In this document: one piece after another, positions 44,182-53,182 of the stretch
How positions within the stretch are numbered: the first letter of the stretch is position 1
Layout: the number at the start of each line of letters is the position of its first letter
From: an uncultured Alphaproteobacteria bacterium
GTDB taxonomy: Bacteria; Pseudomonadota; Alphaproteobacteria; HIMB59; GCA-002718135
Length of the DNA: 64,000 bases
Direction: 5' to 3'
Assembly: GCA_902604905.1 (NCBI GenBank)
Contig: CACLAN010000001.1
Span: 75,118-139,117 of the forward strand
Notes under the pieces: model-generated
What the model saw: only the letters and a program-made list of their open reading frames with translations
Told to the model about the DNA's origin: nothing
The model's database searches: none
Program-made: the position numbers and the translations under genes

Positions 44182-47034
44182 TTATCCTGTTTTAGCCTCT
44201 TCGTATTTATCAATTGGAGGACAAACACAAAATAAATTTCTATCACCGTATACATTATCAATTCTACTAACTGGACTCCAGTATTTATTATTAATTAAAT
44301 AAGCATGGGGGTAAGCAGCATCTTTACGGGAATATTTGTGATCCCAATTGTCAGAAGATACTTCTTCTATGGTATGAGGGGCATTTTTTATAGGATTGTC
44401 TACTTTATCAAATTTACCCTCTCTAATCATAGTGATTTCATTGTGAATAGAAATCATTGCTTCACAAAATCTATCTAGTTCCTCTTTTGATTCACTTTCA
44501 GTAGGCTCAATCATCAAAGTACCGGGAACAGGAAAAGACATTGTAGGTGCATGAAATCCATAATCGATTAGTCTTTTAGCAATATCTTCGTCTGAAATAT
44601 TTAATTCTTGTTTAAATGGCCTGATATCAATAATAAATTCGTGTGCCACCATATTATTTTTACCATTGTATAAAATAGGGTAATAATTTTTTAATCTTTC
44701 TTTAATATAATTAGCATTTAAAATTGCAACTTGAGTTGCTAATTTTAAACCATCGTCACCCATCATAGAAATATAGGAATATGAAATAGGTAAAATAGAT
44801 GCGCTGCCCCAAGGAGCTGCAGAAACTGCCTCTTGAGTTGTTAAACCAATTTCATTTTTAAACATGGGATGTCCAGGAGCAAAATCTGCTAAATGTTTTT
44901 TTAATCCTATAGCTCCAACTCCAGGCCCACCTCCTCCATGAGGTATACAAAATGTCTTATGCAGATTCATGTGACATACATCAGGTCCAAACTTACCTGG
45001 TTTGGCTACACCAACCATTGCATTATAATTAGCGCCATCAAGATACACTTGTCCTCCGGCATCATGAATTTTTTTACAAATCTCAACAATACTTTCCTCA
45101 AATACACCATGTGTTGATGGGTATGTAATCATTAAAGCAGATAATTTATCTCCTGCTTCTTCAATTTTTTTATCTAAGTGAGTTAAGTCAACGTTACCTT
45201 TATCATCACAGTTTACTATTAAAATATCCATACCGCACATCTGTGCACTGGCCGGATTAGTTCCATGAGCACTTTTTGGAATTATACAAATGTTTCTTTT
45301 AGTATCTGAATTTTTTTCATGATATTTTTGAATAGCTAATAAACCAGCAAACTCACCTTGTGCTCCTGCATTAGGTTGAAGTGAAACTGCGTCAAAACCA
45401 GTAATATCTTTTAACATCGATATTAATTCACTCATCATTTCATTATATCCCTCACGTTGATGGGGTTCTAAGAATGGATGCGCATTTGAAAAACCTGGTA
45501 AAGTAATTGGAAGCATTTCAGATGCCGCATTTAATTTCATAGTACAAGATCCAAGAGGTATCATTGATCTATTTAAAGCAACATCTTTGTTTTCTAATTT
45601 TTTTAAATATCTCATCATTTCTGTTTCAGAATGATAGATATTAAATACTGGATGAGTTAAAATATTGTCTTTTCTTTCTAAATCACTTTTAAAAATTGAA
45701 TTTTCAATTTTGCCCTCGATCTCTTCAGCATATATTTCAGAATTATTTTCATTAAAAAATTTAATTAAATTATCTACATCTTGTAGTGATGTAGTTTCAT
45801 CTAAGGAAATTGAAAAATGATCATTATTTACAAATCTAAAATTGATACCATTGTCTATAGATTTATTTACCCAGTATTTAGATTTTGAGTCTTTTACTAA
45901 TAAGGTATCAAAATAATTTTTAGATTTTACTTCAAAATTTAATATCTCTAATGATTTTTTTAGATATCTAGACTTATAGTGAATGTCATTAGCAATATTT
46001 TTTAATCTAGTTGGACCATGATACATTGCATATGAAGCAGAAATAATTGCTAATAAGGCCTGTGCGGTACATATATTACTTGTAGCTTTTTCCCTTCTAA
46101 TATGTTGCTCACGCGTTTGAAGAGCCATTCTGTAAGATCTTTTATTAGTACGATCAACTGACACACCAATTAGTCTTCCAGGTATCATTCTTTTGTATTC
46201 ATCTAGTGTTGCAAAGTATGCTGCGTGAGGGCCTCCTAGACCCATTGGAACACCAAACCTTTGTGTACTTCCAACAACTATATCAGCTCCAAAATCTTTT
46301 GGTGATTTCATAACTACCAAACTCATTATATCAGCTGCTATGATTGATAACGCGTCGTGAGATTTATTTATATTTATTAAATCGTTGAGATTTGCAATTT
46401 CCCCGTATGTGTCTGGATTTTGAATTAAACAACCAAATGTATCATTATCTGGATTGTCAAATATAATTTTTATACCTAGAGGCTTAGCTCTTGTTTTTAA
46501 AACAGATAGTGTTTGTGGATGGCATTTATTTTGAACACAAAAAGTAAACTTTGAACTTTTTTTAATTTTAAAAGCCATCATCATAGCCTCAGCTGCCGCA
46601 GTACTTTCATCAAGTAAAGATGCATTTGCAATATCCATTCCAGTCAAATCAATTATCATTTGTTGAAAATTCATTAACATTTCCAACCTGCCCTGACTTA
46701 CTTCTGGTTGATAAGGTGTGTAAGCAGTATACCATCCTGGATTTTCAAGAATATTTCTTAAAATAACGCTAGGTGTAATAGTATTATAATAACCCATTCC
46801 AATATAAGTTTTTTTGAAATTATTTTTTAAAGATAAAAGTTGAGTATTAATTTTATTAAACTCCTCAGACATCCCAGGTCTAAATTTAAGTTTATCTTTA
46901 AAAATGATATGATTAGGTACGGTTTTTTCAATTAATTCATCTAATGAAGAGCAATTTATTAATTTGAGCATTTCTCCAATATCTTCATTTCTAGGTCCTA
47001 TGTGTCTGCTAACAAATTTATCTATTTCAATCAT
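44182..47034 (-). CDS. gcvP: Glycine dehydrogenase (decarboxylating), glycine cleavage P protein
   Basis: 950 aa single-chain P protein. YTPYQPEVSQGRLE and the CHMNLHKTFCIPHGGGGPG PLP-Lys block. Confidence 0.95.
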   Translation of the reverse strand: MIEIDKFVSRHIGPRNEDIGEMLKLINCSSLDELIEKTVPNHIIFKDKLKFRPGMSEEFNKINTQLLSLKNNFKKTYIGMGYYNTITPSVILRNILENPGWYTAYTPYQPEVSQGRLEMLMNFQQMIIDLTGMDIANASLLDESTAAAEAMMMAFKIKKSSKFTFCVQNKCHPQTLSVLKTRAKPLGIKIIFDNPDNDTFGCLIQNPDTYGEIANLNDLININKSHDALSIIAADIMSLVVMKSPKDFGADIVVGSTQRFGVPMGLGGPHAAYFATLDEYKRMIPGRLIGVSVDRTNKRSYRMALQTREQHIRREKATSNICTAQALLAIISASYAMYHGPTRLKNIANDIHYKSRYLKKSLEILNFEVKSKNYFDTLLVKDSKSKYWVNKSIDNGINFRFVNNDHFSISLDETTSLQDVDNLIKFFNENNSEIYAEEIEGKIENSIFKSDLERKDNILTHPVFNIYHSETEMMRYLKKLENKDVALNRSMIPLGSCTMKLNAASEMLPITLPGFSNAHPFLEPHQREGYNEMMSELISMLKDITGFDAVSLQPNAGAQGEFAGLLAIQKYHEKNSDTKRNICIIPKSAHGTNPASAQMCGMDILIVNCDDKGNVDLTHLDKKIEEAGDKLSALMITYPSTHGVFEESIVEICKKIHDAGGQVYLDGANYNAMVGVAKPGKFGPDVCHMNLHKTFCIPHGGGGPGVGAIGLKKHLADFAPGHPMFKNEIGLTTQEAVSAAPWGSASILPISYSYISMMGDDGLKLATQVAILNANYIKERLKNYYPILYNGKNNMVAHEFIIDIRPFKQELNISDEDIAKRLIDYGFHAPTMSFPVPGTLMIEPTESESKEELDRFCEAMISIHNEITMIREGKFDKVDNPIKNAPHTIEEVSSDNWDHKYSRKDAAYPHAYLINNKYWSPVSRIDNVYGDRNLFCVCPPIDKYEEAKTG

Positions 47035-47406
47035 CTATTGTTCCAAAAATTGTTTATACTCATCTTCTGACATAAGTTCAGAATATTGATTTGAATCAGA
47101 AATTTTCATTTTAAAAATCCATCCCTCATTTTCTGCATCTTGATTAATAATAGCAGCATCATTTTCTAGATTATTATTAACTTCAATTATTTCACCATCT
47201 ATTGGAGCATAAATATCAGAAGCGGCTTTTACAGATTCAACAACGCATATTTCATCTTTTGCTTTTACCGAATTTCCAACTGATGGTAATTCAATAAATA
47301 CAATATCACCAAGAGATTCTTGGGCATGATTGCTAATACCAATTGTAGCAATTTCATTTACAATTGAAACCCATTCATGATCTTTTGTGTATTTTTTTTC
47401 ACTCAT
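47035..47406 (-). CDS. gcvH: Glycine cleavage system H protein
   Basis: YTKDHEWV..., lipoyl-Lys motif VESVKAASD. The ATG at 47404-47406 (MSEKKYT) is preferred. The track start at 47418 would add MGAY and overlap gcvT further. Confidence 0.9.
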   Translation of the reverse strand: MSEKKYTKDHEWVSIVNEIATIGISNHAQESLGDIVFIELPSVGNSVKAKDEICVVESVKAASDIYAPIDGEIIEVNNNLENDAAIINQDAENEGWIFKMKISDSNQYSELMSEDEYKQFLEQ

Positions 47407-48523
47407 ATATGCTCCCATTTTTTTTATATTTTTTTTTTACAAAAGGTAGATTATTAATTTTTACTAATTCTAAGTTTTTTCTTATTTCACAAAAAATTGG
47501 ATTATCAATATTGAATTCAGATATTATATAACCAATAGCAATAGATTTGTTTAGATTAGGAGAAAAACATCCACTTGTAATTTTTCCAACTTCATTATTA
47601 TTATTATCCAATAATGTCATTCCATCTCTTAGCATTGATTTACTGGTAGAAATTAAACCTATTTTTTTTTTAGATAGTTTATTTTTTAATTGATCAGATA
47701 AAATTTTATTTCCATTTAAATTTTCATCTTCTAATCTTTCTTTATCTAAAGCCCATGATAAACCAGCTTCAATTGGTGTAATTTTTTCATTTAATTCATG
47801 ACCATATAAACTTAATCCAGCTTCGAGTCTTAATGAATCTCTAGAACCTAACCCACAAAGCATTGTATTTTCATTTTTAAGTAAATGAGTAATTAAATTT
47901 TCTGCACTTTCATTTGGAATAGAAAGTTCAAAACCATCTTCACCAGTATAACCTGATCTACTTACTATTATTTCATTGTTATTGTATTTACTTATTAAAA
48001 TATCAAAAAAATTCATATTATTTGGAATATCAATAATATTTTTTAAAACATAAATAGAATCAGGTCCTTGGATTGCGAATAAACAATTTTTTTTATAAAT
48101 TTTTTCTGCATTAGGAGCGCAAGAAGTAAATATTTCTTCGTCTTCTTTTTTTCGAGATGCATTATAAACAATATACAAATATGACTTATCTTTAATATCA
48201 ATATTTGAAATAATTAGATCATCAATAACACCACCATCTTTATTGAGCAAAAATGAATAATGCGATCTATTTTTAATTAATTTTTTTAATTGTAATGGAA
48301 TATATTTTTCTAATTTATGTAAATAAGATTCATTATTTTCAATTAAAATTTGCCCCATATGACTAACATCAAAAATACCAGAATGATTTCTAACGTTTTT
48401 GTGTTCATTAATTATTCCAGTTTTATAATTAATAGGCATATTAAAACCTGCAAATGGCATTAACTTTGCACCATTATTTTGATGAAAATATTTCAACGGG
48501 ATGTCTGTTGGTAACTGGTTCAA
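47399..48523 (-). CDS. gcvT: Aminomethyltransferase, glycine cleavage T protein
   Basis: GAKLMPFAGFNMPINY, GIFDVSHMG, SRSGYTGEDGFE. The start codon in the track frame is TTG (48521-48523), with GGAG 7 nt upstream. Confidence 0.9.
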   Translation of the reverse strand: MNQLPTDIPLKYFHQNNGAKLMPFAGFNMPINYKTGIINEHKNVRNHSGIFDVSHMGQILIENNESYLHKLEKYIPLQLKKLIKNRSHYSFLLNKDGGVIDDLIISNIDIKDKSYLYIVYNASRKKEDEEIFTSCAPNAEKIYKKNCLFAIQGPDSIYVLKNIIDIPNNMNFFDILISKYNNNEIIVSRSGYTGEDGFELSIPNESAENLITHLLKNENTMLCGLGSRDSLRLEAGLSLYGHELNEKITPIEAGLSWALDKERLEDENLNGNKILSDQLKNKLSKKKIGLISTSKSMLRDGMTLLDNNNNEVGKITSGCFSPNLNKSIAIGYIISEFNIDNPIFCEIRKNLELVKINNLPFVKKKYKKNGSIYE

Positions 48524-48540
48524 ATAAATTCTCCAAGCTA

Positions 48541-48680
48541 CCCCTCTGTCTTTTTACCTGAGAGCTTTTCACCTTCGGTAGAGCTAAATGCTCTTTTCCA
48601 GAGTTTTTTTTTCACGGTCCATTGTGCCTGAGAGTTTCCGGGTCGTTGCTCCTTCGGCTCTGAAATTTCAGTATCTCCCG
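48541..48680 (-). promoter_or_regulatory. Tandem glycine riboswitch in the gcvT leader
   Basis: Minus-strand reading gives aptamer 1: CGGGAGAUACUGAAAUUUCAGAGCCGAAGGAGCAACGACCCGGAAACUCUCAGGCACAAUGGACCG. Aptamer 2: CUCUGGAAAAGAGCAUUUAGCUCUACCGAAGGUGAAAAGCUCUCAGGUAAAAAGACAGAGGGG. Both carry the glycine-aptamer hallmarks GGAGA/CUCUGGA...ACCGAAGG...CUCAGG.A...GAC. Confidence 0.9.
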
Positions 48681-48716
48681 TTAATTATTTATATACTTAT
48701 TTTTATAATTTAACAA

Positions 48717-49289
48717 TTAATTTAGAGGAATTTTATTATCAATTTTTGATTTTTGATAAATTTCTGACATTTTTTGGTACTCTTCTTTGATCTGATAAAT
48801 TTTATCTGATAATGAGTCCCCTATGCCTAATCTTTTAATTTCTGATAAAATTGAGTAACTCTCCCAATAATCATTATTAATATTGTATTTACCATCTTTG
48901 ATCTTAAACACCTCTCTCAAAATTTTAAGATCGTGCGGGATATGAAAACCTTCTTTTGTGTCAGTATAGGAAAAAAAATAATAGAAATTGTCAAATCCGG
49001 CCCATGTTATAGCTGATAAACACATAGAACAAGGTTGATGTGTACTTATGAAATAATAATCTTTTGTATTAAACAGTTTTTTTTCAAATAAATTAAAAAG
49101 AGTTGAGATTTCTCCATGAAATAAAGGATTTGTGATTTCCTGGTTTGTACCTAGACAAACAAGACTTAGGTCAGATTTTTTAACAATAAATCCGCCAAAT
49201 ATTTTATTTCCTTCATTAATTGAAATTTTTGTTAATGGAATAAGTTCATCTAAAATAACATCTAAAATTCTTTCATAATTTGTTATCAT
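48717..49289 (-). CDS. Cytidine/deoxycytidylate-deaminase-fold zinc deaminase (substrate unknown)
   Basis: HGEISTLFN (H-x-E) and HQPCSMCLSAITWAGF (P-C-x-x-C) zinc/catalytic motifs. 190 aa. Confidence 0.75.
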   Translation of the reverse strand: MITNYERILDVILDELIPLTKISINEGNKIFGGFIVKKSDLSLVCLGTNQEITNPLFHGEISTLFNLFEKKLFNTKDYYFISTHQPCSMCLSAITWAGFDNFYYFFSYTDTKEGFHIPHDLKILREVFKIKDGKYNINNDYWESYSILSEIKRLGIGDSLSDKIYQIKEEYQKMSEIYQKSKIDNKIPLN

Positions 49290-49333
49290 TATGAAATGTT
49301 TGATACTTTATTTATTAGATTTGTCCATAAAAC

Positions 49334-49362
49334 AAAAAAAAAGGACCCAGCAAGCTAGGTCC
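49334..49362 (-). terminator. Rho-independent terminator (minus strand) upstream of the deaminase gene
   Basis: Minus-strand RNA GGACCUAG-CUUG-CUGGGUCC followed by U9 (plus-strand A-run 49334-42). The 8-bp stem is continuous only on the minus strand, because one position is a U-G wobble there and a C/A mismatch on the plus strand. Confidence 0.6.
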
Positions 49363-49445
49363 CTTTTGTGTATCGTGCATTTCCTCCCGATACAATTTAA
49401 TAATCGTTTCCTTTTATTAAATTGATTATTACCTTTGCGTGTAAT
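49334..49445 (-). ncRNA. Candidate about 110-nt structured RNA (sRNA or cis-acting leader/attenuator): three consecutive hairpins ending in the terminator
   Basis: Hairpin 3 is UAAUAAUC-N18-GAUUAUUA (49398-49431). Hairpin 2 is UGUAUCG-GGAGGAAAUGCA-CGAUACA (49369-49394). The terminator hairpin is at 49343-49362. A sigma70-like promoter lies just upstream. The 5' end is not defined. No family recognised. Confidence 0.35.
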
Positions 49446-49450
49446 AATTA

Positions 49451-49480
49451 ATTATAAGATATCTATTTGTTATTTATCAA
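49451..49480 (-). promoter_or_regulatory. Candidate sigma70-type promoter for the structured RNA
   Basis: Minus strand TTGATA (49475-49480), an 18-nt spacer, then TATAAT (49451-49456). AT-rich background makes chance matches likely. Confidence 0.3.
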
Positions 49481-49569
49481 TCAATAAAAAAATGTATTTT
49501 TAAAAGTAAATAATCTATTTTTGTTGATATGTTTGTTAATAAAATGTGCAAAATTAAATTTGATTAAAA

Positions 49570-50676
49570 ATGAATAAAAATTCAAAACTTAATGTCTTAG
49601 GAGTTATGACAGGCACATCAATGGATGCCGTTGATATTAGTTTGATTAATACAAATGGGACTGACTTTGTAAAAATTAAATGTGAAAAATCATATAAATT
49701 TAATAAAAATTATCAAAATACAATAAACAATCTAATAATAAATAAACCAAAAAAAAATAATAAAATTAAAGAATATTTTTTAAAAAAAGATGATTTTGTT
49801 ACAGATATTTTACAAAAAAAAATAATTTTATTTCTGAAACAAAAAAAAATTAATAAAAAAAATATCGATTTAATATCAATTAGTGGGCAGACTGTTTATC
49901 ACGACCCATCAAATAAAATATCTATACAATTAGGAAATGGAAACAAAATTGCAAAAAATCTTAAAGTTAAAACTATAAGTAATTTAAGAGATAATGATAT
50001 TAAAAATGGTGGTCAGGGAGCACCAATTGGATCATATTATCATAAGTTTTTAATACAAAAATTTAAGGAAAAATCAATTATAGTAAACCTTGGAGGTATA
50101 GCAAATTTTTCAACTGTAGTTTCAAGAACATTATTATCATCGGATATAGGGCCTGCAAATTGCTTAAGTGATGATCTTTGCAATTATTTTTTTAAAAAAA
50201 AATTTGATAATGATGGAAACTATGCAAGAAAAGGAAACATTGATAATAAATTAATCGAAAAATTCAAGAAAGATAAATTTTTTAAGAAAAAGTACCCAAA
50301 ATCATTAGATAGAAATTATTTTAGAAATTATTTTAATAAGCTGATTAAATTGAATAAATATGATGCGCTAATGACTGCTAACTACATGACTTATATTGGA
50401 TTTAAAGAATTATTAAAAAAGAAAAAATTTAAGATTAAAAGAATTTTACTTACTGGAGGAGGAAGAAAAAATAAATTACTCAAAGAAATATTAATTAATA
50501 AACTAAATAAAAAAATTGAACTTATTGATAAATATAAAATAAATGGTGATTTAGTAGAAGCTCAAATGTTTGCGTATATTGGCATGAGATCATTTAAAAA
50601 TTTAGAAATAAGTAATAAGAATACTACAGGTGTGAAAAAAAATTTAAGTGGTGGTATTTTATATTTTCCAGATTAA
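49570..50676 (+). CDS. anmK: Anhydro-N-acetylmuramic acid kinase
   Basis: LGVMTGTSMDAVD N-terminal motif (cf. GxMSGTSxDGxD), GGQGAP, TGGGRKN. Confidence 0.85.
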   Translation: MNKNSKLNVLGVMTGTSMDAVDISLINTNGTDFVKIKCEKSYKFNKNYQNTINNLIINKPKKNNKIKEYFLKKDDFVTDILQKKIILFLKQKKINKKNIDLISISGQTVYHDPSNKISIQLGNGNKIAKNLKVKTISNLRDNDIKNGGQGAPIGSYYHKFLIQKFKEKSIIVNLGGIANFSTVVSRTLLSSDIGPANCLSDDLCNYFFKKKFDNDGNYARKGNIDNKLIEKFKKDKFFKKKYPKSLDRNYFRNYFNKLIKLNKYDALMTANYMTYIGFKELLKKKKFKIKRILLTGGGRKNKLLKEILINKLNKKIELIDKYKINGDLVEAQMFAYIGMRSFKNLEISNKNTTGVKKNLSGGILYFPD

Positions 50677-51644
50677 TTAGTTAAATCTGACCAAGTTTTT
50701 TTATCAATATTTGAGCCACACAATATCACCATTGTATTTTTGCCAATAAGCTTATTATTGATTTTATATTTTAAAGCAGCGAGTCCAGCAACACATGCGG
50801 GCTCAAGAAATAACTTAAATTTTTTATAACAAAAAACCATAAATTTTTTCATTTCATTATCAGAAACAGTTACCATTTCATCAATTACTTCTTTTGCTAC
50901 ATCAAAAGAATATTGCATATGTAAAGGTGCAGAAAGACTGTCCGCAATACTATTTACATTAACATTATTTAATGGTTTGTTAGCTTTTAAACTTTGATTT
51001 AAACCATTAGCATTTTCAGGTTCAACACCAATAATTTTAATCTTAGGATAAAATTGTTTTATATACGATGAAACACCACTTATTAATCCCCCTCCTCCAA
51101 CTGAAATTAGTAGATTGTCAATTTTAGTATTAATTGATTTTAAATATTCTACAATTTCTAATCCCAAGGTAGCACTACCTTGTAATGTCAATGGGCCGTC
51201 AAAAGGGTGAATAAAATAGAAACCTTCATTTTTAGCATTTTCAGCATCAAGAAAAGCTTGTTTTGGATTTGTAAAGATAATGTTAGCACCATAATTTTTA
51301 CAAGTTTGAACTCTATATTTATTTGCACTTTCGTATAAGAAAATTTTATTTTTCAAATTAAATTGATTGGCTACAAATGAAGCAGCGATTGCATGATTTC
51401 CAGCACTAACTGCTGTAATTCCTTTGTTAAATTTATTCTGATCTTGAGAAATTATATTATTAATAGCCCCTCTTGCCTTAAATGAACCAGATTTTTGTAA
51501 AAATTCGCATTTAAAAAATAAATTAGTAGAAAAATAATTATCGATAACTTCGGAACACTTTAAAAAAGGGGTTTGATTAATAAATGGTCTAATTTTTTTA
51601 TAAATTTTACTAATATTATCGACAGATAAATCTTTAGGTATCAA
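50673..51644 (-). CDS. PLP-dependent threonine/serine dehydratase family enzyme (no ACT domain)
   Basis: FFKCEFLQKSGSFKARGA (PLP Lys), SAGNHA, GGGGLISG. 323 aa. Confidence 0.8.
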   Translation of the reverse strand: MIPKDLSVDNISKIYKKIRPFINQTPFLKCSEVIDNYFSTNLFFKCEFLQKSGSFKARGAINNIISQDQNKFNKGITAVSAGNHAIAASFVANQFNLKNKIFLYESANKYRVQTCKNYGANIIFTNPKQAFLDAENAKNEGFYFIHPFDGPLTLQGSATLGLEIVEYLKSINTKIDNLLISVGGGGLISGVSSYIKQFYPKIKIIGVEPENANGLNQSLKANKPLNNVNVNSIADSLSAPLHMQYSFDVAKEVIDEMVTVSDNEMKKFMVFCYKKFKLFLEPACVAGLAALKYKINNKLIGKNTMVILCGSNIDKKTWSDLTN

Positions 51645-52384
51645 GAAATTCCTCTAATTTCTTTAATTTTATCGTAAGCGATATTAATAGCCGCCAACTC
51701 TTTATTAGATTGTTTAATAAATTCTTTTGGCATACCTTTTGCAATTAAATTATCTGGGTGATGTTCTTTATTTAATTTTATCCATTTTTTTCTTATCTCA
51801 TTATCAGTACTCGATCTATTCACACCCAATATTTTGTAAGGGTCAGATTCACTGTTTTTTAAATTTGATTGGAAAATTCTTTGGAAATCTTTTTCACTAA
51901 ATTTAAACGATTTAGAAATTGATCTTAAAAAATCTATTTCGCTAATAGATACCTTTCCATCAGATGCAGCAATATAAAATAAATTATTTAATAATTCTTC
52001 CAATAAAATTTTATCAGATGAAAATAACCCCCCTACTTGATTTGCTATTTGTTTATAGCCATACGTATCTTTTCTTGCCTCATTGAATATTTTTGCAACT
52101 TTAGGAATTTCAGATTTTGGAACTTTAAATTTTTCTTTGAATGCCCTAATTTCATCATCTGATACAATTCCATCTGATTTAGCTAATTTTGCAGCTAAAA
52201 TAATAAAACTTAATGTAAAAATTTGTTGTTTTTGATTGTTATTTATTCGATTAAAGTTAAATGATGATTTTGATTTAGATCTTCTGTCAAAAGCACCACC
52301 AGCCATTACACCTAATATAGCCCCTATAGGTCCACCTAAAGCAAATCCTGCTGCTCCACCTATAACTCTTCCCCAAATACTCAT
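51641..52384 (-). CDS. djlA: DnaJ-like co-chaperone DjlA (N-terminal TM, TerB-like domain, C-terminal J domain)
   Basis: Gly-rich TM MSIWGRVIGGAAGFALGGPIGAILGVMAGGAF. J domain DPYKILGVNRSSTDNEIRKKWIKLNKEHHPD. Confidence 0.8.
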   Translation of the reverse strand: MSIWGRVIGGAAGFALGGPIGAILGVMAGGAFDRRSKSKSSFNFNRINNNQKQQIFTLSFIILAAKLAKSDGIVSDDEIRAFKEKFKVPKSEIPKVAKIFNEARKDTYGYKQIANQVGGLFSSDKILLEELLNNLFYIAASDGKVSISEIDFLRSISKSFKFSEKDFQRIFQSNLKNSESDPYKILGVNRSSTDNEIRKKWIKLNKEHHPDNLIAKGMPKEFIKQSNKELAAINIAYDKIKEIRGIS

Positions 52385-52629
52385 TTTAAAGATTCAATTA
52401 TACCTTTTAATTCATTTATCTCATTTTGAGAAATTTTATTATCTTGATTCAGATCTATAATTTGAAAGAGTAGATTTAATGATTGTTCAATTTCTTCATA
52501 GGAAATAACTCCATCATTATTTAAATCAACAAAATTAAAGTACATTTCTTCTTCTTCATTTAATTCAGCAGAATATGCGATAGCAGAAAGTAAAAGTAAA
52601 AATAAAAAAAAAATTTTTATCCAAACCAT
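52381..52629 (-). CDS. Secreted EF-hand calcium-binding protein (two EF loops)
   Basis: Signal peptide MVWIKIFFLFLLLLSAIAYSA. EF loops DLNNDGVISYEE and DLNQDNKISQNE. Confidence 0.7.
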   Translation of the reverse strand: MVWIKIFFLFLLLLSAIAYSAELNEEEEMYFNFVDLNNDGVISYEEIEQSLNLLFQIIDLNQDNKISQNEINELKGIIESLK

Positions 52630-52844
52630 CTATACATTCCTATAATACCTGCACCAGCGTAGAAGAATTGTAAGAACAATATCCCATTGTGTTTTAATTT
52701 ATAGGCCCAGACTCCGATTAATAATGCTGATAGCAATAATAATGAAAAACCAATAAATTCTAATCCAATGTTAAATGCAACTAGTAGGGAATAAAGGATG
52801 GCTGTTGTTACGCCAATCCATTCTAAAAGTTTATTTGAATTCAA
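52617..52844 (-). CDS. 75-aa three-TM membrane protein
   Basis: Three hydrophobic helices. The C-terminal LQFFYAGAGIIGMYRWF is reminiscent of the PnuC-type LQ.FY....GW..W helix. Overlaps the downstream gene by 13 nt. Confidence 0.45.
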   Translation of the reverse strand: MNSNKLLEWIGVTTAILYSLLVAFNIGLEFIGFSLLLLSALLIGVWAYKLKHNGILFLQFFYAGAGIIGMYRWFG

Positions 52845-52851
52845 TTAAATA

Positions 52852-53055
52852 TTATTTTTTCTTAATATTAATAGCGTTTTCTTTTCCACGGTTTTCACCG
52901 ATTTCAAATTCAACTGGCATACCCTCTTCTAAAGTATCAATACCAGCAGCTTCTAAAGCTGAGACATGAAGAAAAACATCTTTTCCTCCATCATCATTTT
53001 CTATAAATCCATAACCTTTGGTCGGATTAAACCATTTAATTTTACCACTTGGCAT
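52852..53055 (-). CDS. cspA: Cold-shock protein (CspA family)
   Basis: [31 protein letters not shown] contains the RNP1 (KGYGFI) and RNP2 (VFLHV) motifs. Strong SD AAGGAG at 53064-53069, 8 nt upstream of the start. Confidence 0.95.
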   Translation of the reverse strand: MPSGKIKWFNPTKGYGFIENDDGGKDVFLHVSALEAAGIDTLEEGMPVEFEIGENRGKENAINIKKK

Positions 53056-53182
53056 ATTTTATTCTCCTTATTTATTATTGGGGGATTAAATTTATTTAAC
53101 TTATATAAATATTGTATATTGATTAATTTAATACTTTAAATAACTAATAAGAAATTAATTTCAACAATTTTTTTTTATTTTT

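Noticed and set aside
1772-47418. Track start codons that add N-terminal extensions at 1772, 3299 (GTG), 26812, 41554 and 47418.
   Set aside because: These starts create long overlaps with neighbouring genes or add hydrophobic or odd leaders before conserved N-termini. Internal ATGs at 1826, 3359, 26776, 41566 and 47406 give tidy junctions, including ATGA-type overlaps, and family-typical N-termini. All remain unverified without alignments.
49315-49380. A 21-codon ORF (MHDTQKGPSLLGPFFLFYGQI) starts at the AUG in the hairpin-2 loop, right after GGAGG, and reads through the terminator. It could be a leader peptide.
   Set aside because: The SD-like GGAGG is only 2 nt from the AUG, which is too close for normal initiation. 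The peptide has no regulatory-codon run, and such short ORFs are expected by chance. It is mentioned within the RNA finding but not called as a gene.
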